From Chiloscyllium plagiosum (lineage: Eukaryota): a stretch of DNA of 39,538 nucleotides. The stretch is taken from the NCBI RefSeq assembly GCF_004010195.1, contig NC_057753.1:11730050-11769587 (forward strand). Reading direction: 5' to 3'. The position numbers and the translations under genes are program-made. The notes below the pieces were generated by a model that was given only the letters and a program-made list of their open reading frames with translations, did no database searches and was not told the DNA's origin. Numbering within the stretch: position 1 is the stretch's first letter; each line of letters opens with the position of its first letter. Below are positions 32,701-39,538 of the stretch, piece by piece.

Positions 32701-33370
32701 GTCTCCTTCCTATCGGAAAGATGTTGTGAAACTTGAAAGGGTTCAGAAAAAATTTACAAGGATGTTGCCAGGGTTGGAGGGTTTGAGCTACAGGGAGAGG
32801 CTGAACAGGCTGGGGCTGTTTTCCCTGGAACGTCGGAGGCTGAGGGGGTGACCTGTTTTATAAAACCATGAGGGGACATGGATAGGGGTAAATAAACAAG
32901 GTCTTTTTCCCCTGGAGTGGGGGAGTCCAGAACTAGAGGGGCATAGATATAGGGTGAAAGGGGAAAGATATAAAAGGGAGCTAAGGGGCAACCTATTCAC
33001 ACAGAGGGTGGTGCGTGTGTGGAATGAGCTGCCAGAGGAAGTGGTGGAGGCTGATACAATGACAGCATTTAAGAGGTGATTGGGGACATGAATAGGAAGG
33101 GATTGGAGGGATGTGGATCAAGTGCTGGCAAACGGGACGAGATTAGGTTGGGATATCTGGGTCACCACGGATGGGGATTTGGATCAACGGGGTTTGTTTC
33201 CATGCTGTATGAACCCATCAGGAATGGCAAAGAGCTTATGCCCGAAACACCGACTCTCCTGCGTCTAGGATGCTGCCTGACCTCCTGTGCTCTTTCCAGC
33301 TCTTTCGACTCAGTTCCGTTTGGCACAGACTGGTTGGACCGAAAGATCTTTCTCCACGCTGTATGACTCT
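32701..33370 (+). mobile_element. CR1/HER1 LINE 3' end with a small Penelope fragment in the tail
   Basis: SPSYRKDVVKLERVQKKFTRMLPGL; Penelope piece at about 33228-33305. Confidence 0.88.
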
Positions 33371-33819
33371 GTGGTGATTTTGACCTGAGGGTCACCACAC
33401 CTCGGGCGAGGGGAGAGTGGACAGGGAAGAGGGCCCCGCTTTGGGGTTCGGTGCTCACTGGAACGCTGATTTCTGGGACCTGGATGAGCGGGAGAATGCT
33501 GGGTAGGGGGTGTTGAGAATGTGGCACGAGGTGGGTCAGCCCGGCTGAAGTAGGATTTGGTCGGGCGCTTAGTTCCAGAATCCCTGTCCTGTGCGTGTAG
33601 AGTTTGATGCGGAGGTGTTAGACTGAGGTGTGTAAAGTCAAAAATCACACGGCGGCAGGTTACGGTCCAGTGGGTTTATTTGAATCCATCAGAGTTTGGT
33701 AACCCCACCCCCACCCAGCTCCTTCCTCGGGCAGCTGACAGAGGCTGGGAAAGCTTGCAGTTTCACATGACCGTGTTGGAGTGTAACTCAGTGTCATATG
33801 GTTTGTGACCTTGTGTTGA

Positions 33820-34374
33820 GGTTGCACGTTCTCCTCGCGTTTGCGTGGCTTTCCTCCGGGTGCTCTGGTTGCCTCCCACAACCCAAAGATGTGCAGGTTA
33901 GGGTGGATTGGCCGTGCTAAATTACCCATAGTGCGTTAGGGTGGATTGGCCGTGCTAAATTACCCATAGTGCCCAGGGATGTGCAGGTTAGGGTGGGTGG
34001 GCCATGCTAAATTACCCATAGTGTCCAGGGATGTGCAGGTTAGGGTGGATTGCCCGTGCTACATTACCCATAGTTTCCAGGGATGTGCAGGTTAGGGTGG
34101 ATTGGCCGTGCTAAATTACCCATAGTGCCCAGGGATGTGCAGGTTAGGGTGGATTGGCTGTGCTAAATTACCCATAGTGTCCAGGGATGTGCAGGTTAGG
34201 GTGGATTGGCCGTGCTAAATTACTCATAGTGCCCAGGGATGTGCAGGTTAGGGTGAATTGGCCATGGGAAATGCAGGATTACAGGGATAGGGTGGGGTGG
34301 CGGGTCGCCCTTCGCAGGGTCAGTGTTGACTCAATGGAGTGAATGGCCTGTTTCCACCCACACGGCATTCCATG
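33820..34374 (+). mobile_element. HE1-type SINE with 52-bp V-domain unit expanded about 7 times
   Basis: Unit starts at 33978, 34030, 34082, 34134, 34186, 34238 plus two partial units from 33888. Confidence 0.88.
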
Positions 34375-34588
34375 ACAACGCCTCCCGGATTCCGGACTGG
34401 TGCTGGCAGTGACGTTGACCCTTCCGTCCTCTTTTGCAGGTTGAGAAGGAGCTGGGGACCTTGACCAGGAAAGTCAATCCACACCAGATGAAGAGCTGAC
34501 TGGGGGGGGGGGGGTGTGGGGGTCAGAGCACCGTTGACCCGCGGCAGGAGGGACGGGCTGGGCGTAGGCGGCGCCCACCCCCCCGCCC

Positions 34589-35539
34589 ATGGCCATGGAG
34601 AAGCCTTGGAAGTGCGGGGACTGTGGCAAGGGCTTCAACTACCCGTCGCTGCTGGAAATCCATCGGCGCAGCCACACCGGGGAGCGGCCGTTCACCTGCG
34701 GCGCCTGCGGGAAGGGCTTCGCCCAGTCCTCCCACCTGCTGACCCACCAGCGGGTCCACGCCGAGGAGAGGCCGCCGGCAGGCGAGGAGGGGGGCCCGGA
34801 CCAGCCGCCCCAGGCCGCCCAGAGCCGGTTCCGCTGCTCCCACTGCGGCAAGGGGTTCAGGCGGTCGCAGAATCTGGTCGAGCACGAGCGCACGCACACC
34901 GGCGAGAGGCCGTTCGTCTGCTCCGCCTGCGGCAAGGGCTTCACCCGCTCCTCGCACCTCGCCACCCACCGGCTGGTGCACACCGACCGGCGGCCCTTCC
35001 GGTGCTCCCAGTGCGAGAAGAGCTACAAGACCACCAGCGACCTGCTGATCCACCAGCGGGTCCACAACGAGGAGCGGCCCTTCCGCTGCGCCGCCTGCGG
35101 GAAAGGGTTCACCCTGCTGTCCAGCCTGCAGAAGCACCAGCGCTCGCACACCGGCGAGCGGCCGTTCACCTGCCCGCTGTGCGGCAAGTCCTTCATCTAC
35201 CTGACCAGCCTCAGCTCGCACCAGCTCGTCCACTCGGACCGGCGGCCCTTCCGGTGCTCGGAGTGCGACAGGGGCTTCAAGACCACCAGCGACCTGCTGA
35301 GGCACCAGCGGGTGCACACCGGCGAGAAGCCCTTCGCCTGCGCCGACTGCGGCAAGCGCTTCACCCGCTCGTCCCACCTGCTGGCCCACCGGCACACCCA
35401 CACCGGGGAGAGGCCCTTCGCCTGCCCGGAGTGCGGCAGAGGCTTCGCCCACTCCGCCCACCTGCTGCGGCACCGGCAGCTCCACCAGCAGGGGCCGGGG
35501 CCGGGCCTGGCCGCCCCTGCCCGTCCCGCCCAGGACTGA
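34589..35539 (+). CDS. C2H2 zinc-finger protein ZNF-E, 10 fingers (2 + spacer + 8)
   Basis: 316-aa open frame MAMEKPWKC...; Kozak GCCATGG; acceptor CTTTTGCAG at 34439. Confidence 0.93.
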   Translation: MAMEKPWKCGDCGKGFNYPSLLEIHRRSHTGERPFTCGACGKGFAQSSHLLTHQRVHAEERPPAGEEGGPDQPPQAAQSRFRCSHCGKGFRRSQNLVEHERTHTGERPFVCSACGKGFTRSSHLATHRLVHTDRRPFRCSQCEKSYKTTSDLLIHQRVHNEERPFRCAACGKGFTLLSSLQKHQRSHTGERPFTCPLCGKSFIYLTSLSSHQLVHSDRRPFRCSECDRGFKTTSDLLRHQRVHTGEKPFACADCGKRFTRSSHLLAHRHTHTGERPFACPECGRGFAHSAHLLRHRQLHQQGPGPGLAAPARPAQD

Positions 35540-35652
35540 GCCGGTGCCGGCGACGGGCCCTGGCGTTAATTCTGGCGCGAAGCTGGTTTGCGTCCGCCTT
35601 CACCTGGAAGCGGACTCCATCTCGGCTCCTCCATCGCCGGTGACGGTCTTCG

Positions 35653-36286
35653 GGGTCATAGAGATGTGCAGCATGGAAACAGACCCTTCGGTCCAACCCG
35701 TCCATGCCGATCCAGATATCCCAACCCAATCTAGTCCCACCTGCCAGCACCCGCCCCGTATCCCTCCAAACCCTTCCTATTCACATACCCATCCAAAAGC
35801 CTCTTAAATGTTGCAATTGTACCAGCCTCCACCACATCCTCTGGCAGCTCGCTCCATACACGTACCACCCTCTGTGTGAAAACGTTGCCCCTTAAGTCTC
35901 TCTTATATCTTTCCCTTCTCACCCTAAACCTATGCCCCCTAGTTCTGGACTCCCACACCCCAGGGAAAAGACCTTCATTTACCCTATCCATGCCCCTCAT
36001 AATTTTGTAAACCTCGATAAGGTCACCCCTCAACCTCCGACGCTCCAGGGAAAACAGCCCCAGCATGTTCAGCCTCTTCCCTCGAGCTCCTTGTAACTCT
36101 TTTCTGAACCCTTTCACAACATCTTTCCGATAGGAAGGAGACCAGACATTCCAACAGTGGCCTAACCAATGTCCTGGACTGCTGCAACACGACCTCCCAA
36201 CTCCTGTACTCAATACTCTGACCGATAAAGGAAAGCATACCAAACGCCTCCTTCACTATCCTATCCAGCTGCGACTCCACTATCAA
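35653..36286 (-). mobile_element. CR1/HER1 LINE 3' fragment just downstream of ZNF-E
   Basis: LFSLERRRLRGDLIEVYKIMRG..SRTRGH. Confidence 0.9.
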
Positions 36287-36287
36287 G

Positions 36288-37112
36288 AAGCCCCAGGCCC
36301 AACCATCCGCAACTGCTTCACTGCTGCCCTTCCCTCCATCAGAAGGTTAGAAGTGGGGGATTTGATTGCACAATGTTCAGCACCATTCTTGAATCCTGAA
36401 GCGGTTGTGTTCAGACACGACAATATGTGTGTAACGTCTTTAGCTTGAGCAGATAAGTGCAAAGTAAACATTCTCACCACACAAAATGCGGGCAGTGGCC
36501 GTCATCAATAAGCGAGAATCTAACCACCATCGCTTGATGTTTGATGGCGTTAACTATGGCTGAATTCCCCCTCCCCCACTACCAATGTCCTGGGGTTTAC
36601 CATTGACCAGAAACTGAACTGGGCCATCTCCAATAAGAGAGAATCTAACTACTGCCCCTTGATGTTCAATGGCGTTACCGTCACTGAACCCTCGCACTAT
36701 CCAACATCCTGGGGGTTCCCATTAAGAGAGAATCTAACTACTGCCCCTTGGTGTTCAATGGCGTTACCATCACTGAACCCTCACACTATCCAACATCCTA
36801 CGAGTTACCATTGAGAGAGAATCTAACTACTGCCCCTTGATGTTCAATGGCGTTACCATCACTGAACCCTCGCATTATCCAACATCCTGGGGGTTCCCAT
36901 TGAGAGAGAATCTAACCATTGCCCCCTTGACGTTCAATGGTGTTACCGTCACTGAATCCCCCTCCCCTCCACTATCAACATCCAGGGGGTTCCCATTGAG
37001 AGAGAATCTAACCATCGCCCCCTTGACGTTCAATGGCGTTACCATCACTGAACCCTCACACTAATATCATGGGGGTTACCATTGACCAGAAACTGAACAT
37101 GGACCAGCCCCA
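36288..37112 (+). mobile_element. Old CR1/L2-like RT remnant
   Basis: GGCCCAACCATC..CTTCCCTCCATC..GATTGCACAATGTTC (degenerate RT core) continuing to GGGGTTACCATTGACCAGAAACTG. Confidence 0.55.
36635..37085. repeat. About 89-bp minisatellite, 5 units, derived from LINE RT sequence
   Basis: Unit starts at 36635, 36724, 36813, 36902, 36998. Confidence 0.9.
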
Positions 37113-38749
37113 TCCAAATTGGTATTTGGATAATCGAGGTTCCTCTGTATAGCATGAATGCCAACCCCTCCATGTCAGCTCGGATAAAAGATTCATCTCG
37201 ACTTGAGACCTTAGCTTGCTGCCTGACCCGCTGTGACCTCCAGCATTTGTTTTTTCCATCAGTTTGTAGGATGATCATGGGAGAACGCATGAGACAGAGT
37301 TGTGAGTGCATAGTTCTAATGTCAAACTCAAAGGCCAGCGCGGGTTTTGTTTTTTTTGGTTTCAGCTACATGTTGCTAACTTAATAGCATGTTGACGAGT
37401 TTCTTTTATTCAAAATGGAAAGCATTAAACCATGAACTAATTTTGTAAATTACACTGGAAAGTGACTCTGTGTTGTACTGATGTTGTTTCTCCAGTGGTT
37501 GGTATCTGAATATTTCATCCCTTTCTGAAAGATTGGAAATGTCTTTCTTTTCAGTTCATGGCCTGACTTTCTGCTCAGAGCGAGCCATTGTCCTTTCACA
37601 TCATGAAGATATGGTGTCTGGTCACGGGTTCTAATCTTCAAGCTCTAGCTGAACTAATTTCTTACCGCAGGGCCTTTGTTTTACTGTCAGGATAGGCGCA
37701 GATCTGGGAAACCCGACACCATCCGGGACAAAGCAGCCCCCCCCCCCCCCCCCACTCGGTTGGCACTGTGAGAAACGCACTTCACTTAATCAATAATTTT
37801 CAGTCCGAGTCAGAGTTCTAAAGCAGCACATTTAGTCGAACGTCTTTAAAGATGGGTGGCTGTACAAGGAGAGACACACCCGACAGTAAAATACAGAGCT
37901 TTTTATACTTGTCTGAGGAGTCTCTCTCGACACCCCTACACTGAGCAATAAACCTATCATAAGTGTCTATTTCATTCTATCCCCTTATTTGGTTATTACT
38001 TGCACCCGTTATTCCTGCATTTGGTAATTCCCTGCACCCAAGCCTAAGCCGATCATACTTGTTAATTACCTCACTTGATTTTCTTTAAATCTGCCTTATT
38101 TGGCTGTCCTTCTTCGTTACAGCCTTCCTGTTATTTTGTCCAGTTCCTCTTATCTTATCTAACCTTCTGACTTCTGAGATCATCCTTTAATATCTTGATT
38201 GTCCAAAAAGCAGACCTACAAACTGAGCTTATTGCAAAATGCCCCTCCTGCTTCTTTTTTTCCCTTTTGTGGTCAGCGACAACACTTGAACTAATTTCTT
38301 AGCTTAAAACTATTTCTTTAAAAGACCCTCGATATTCGTTAAAATCAGCATACACCTGACAACCTGAAATTGTTCTCTCTCTCAGCACCACATCCACAAA
38401 CATCCGCTCCCTCCACCTCCAAGTCGCAGCAGTGTGTACCGTCCACAAGATGCATTGTGGGAATTCACCAAACCCACACCCTCTACCATCCAGAAGGATA
38501 AAGGGCAGCAGATACCCACCTGGGAGCACTATCTCCCTGCAAGATCCCCTTCCAAGCCCCAACCACTCATATAGTAATGCACCTTCTTGTTTTTGCCACC
38601 AACCCCAATATCTATCCACTCTACACTTTATCAGCCACTCGCTAAACTTAGCAAGTCACGCTGAAGCATCGCTACTCCATTCTAACAGTACAGCCTCCCA
38701 TCCAACTTGGGGATAATACGACACAAAGCTTGATGGAAGGCTTGTGCGC

Positions 38750-39447
38750 AGAACTTCTGAACGTTCCGCAAGTTGGCGTCCCGTCTCCCCAGTGTAGAGG
38801 AGACCACCTCGGGAGCAACAGGCCACCGTAGGTGGTGTGTTTGGAGTTACAGGTGAATCTCTGACGGACGTGGAAGGATTCCAAAGGAACATCTCCGGGA
38901 CACGTGCACGAAACAACCCCACCGCCCCACGGCCGAACACTCTTAACACCCCAGCCACTCCGCCACCAAGGACGTGCAAGACCTCGGCCTCCGCCGCCGA
39001 ACCCGAACCACCTGACGTCTGGAGGAAGGACGCCTTCCTCATCTTCTGCCTTTGGGGTCCTCCAACCCATGAGGCATTAATGTAGATTTCACCAGTTTCC
39101 TCCCCAATCCGAGCACCCCCCCCCCCCCCCCCCCCAAACCTGGTTCCAGAGCCAACCGCCCAACTCGTCACCGCCCTCTTGACCTGTCCACCTTCCTTCC
39201 CATCTCTCCGCTCCACCCTCCTCTCCTAACCTATCACCTTCACCCCCAACCCCCAAACTTCATCTGCCTGTTGCAATCCTGGCTCCCTCCCCTCCCCATT
39301 TGTCTCTCAGCAACCCCTTGGGGCCGACAAGCCTCATTTTTTTTGATGCATGCCCTATGTCGGCTCTCCTGCTCCTCGGATGCTGCCTGACCTGCTGTGC
39401 CTTTGCAGCCCCACACTCTGGACCCTTGATCTCCAGCATCTGCAGTG
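38750..39447 (+). mobile_element. Penelope-like element 3' end (GIY-YIG endonuclease remnant) with inverted 5' segment and terminal repeat
   Basis: Minus: CCSRGGLLYTGETGRQLAER; plus resumes EHLRDT; ends TCTCCAGCATCTGCAGT. Confidence 0.8.
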
Positions 39448-39477
39448 GCCTGCCTTGGAGGACCACCCTGGCCCGCT

Positions 39478-39535
39478 AGGTCCTCCAGCCCCGCCCCCCT
39501 TCCCAGGTCCTCCAGCCCCGCCCCCCCTTCCCAGG
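39478..39535. repeat. 27-28-bp GC-box tandem repeat (2 units, at window edge)
   Basis: AGGTCCTCCAGCCCCGCCCCCC(C)TTCCC twice. Confidence 0.8.
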
Positions 39536-39538
39536 CCA

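Noticed and set aside
31747..32851. Long ORFs of 329 and 353 aa
   Set aside because: Artefacts of translating through Ns
34516..35643. 375-aa plus and 320-aa minus ORFs overlapping ZNF-E (likewise 4860-5360, 25051-25572)
   Set aside because: Shadow frames of GC-rich zinc-finger repeats with no independent domain signal
37685..38281. Solo LTR (TGTC...GACA, minus-strand TATA-like site)
   Set aside because: No matching TSD or second copy; plausible but unsupported

Overview
Eukaryotic, repeat-dense window from a cartilaginous fish (shark). This is inferred from HE1-type V-SINEs, HER1/CR1 LINEs and shark-type Penelope repeats; the species cannot be fixed from sequence alone. It holds a cluster of five single-coding-exon C2H2 zinc-finger genes, labelled ZNF-A to ZNF-E here: three intact (5, 9 and 10 fingers), one with decayed 3' fingers and one truncated pseudogene. 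All begin at a conserved M(E/V)K(P/L)W motif, have no KRAB/SCAN/BTB domain, and four sit behind a leader of fossil fingers. Three CpG-rich promoters are visible (about 6.0-6.4, 13.3 and 27.0-27.5 kb). The rest is nested retroelements (HE1 SINEs, a second tRNA-derived SINE, CR1, L2, Rex1, Penelope), two Tigger-like MITEs, several minisatellites and two N gaps. The most notable signals are minimal hammerhead-ribozyme cores in three Penelope terminal-repeat families, about 170-200 bp fold-back Penelope insertions with target-site duplications (one in a ZNF leader), a head-to-head HE1 dimer, and the effector-less ZNF architecture. Repeat boundaries are approximate and read by eye.
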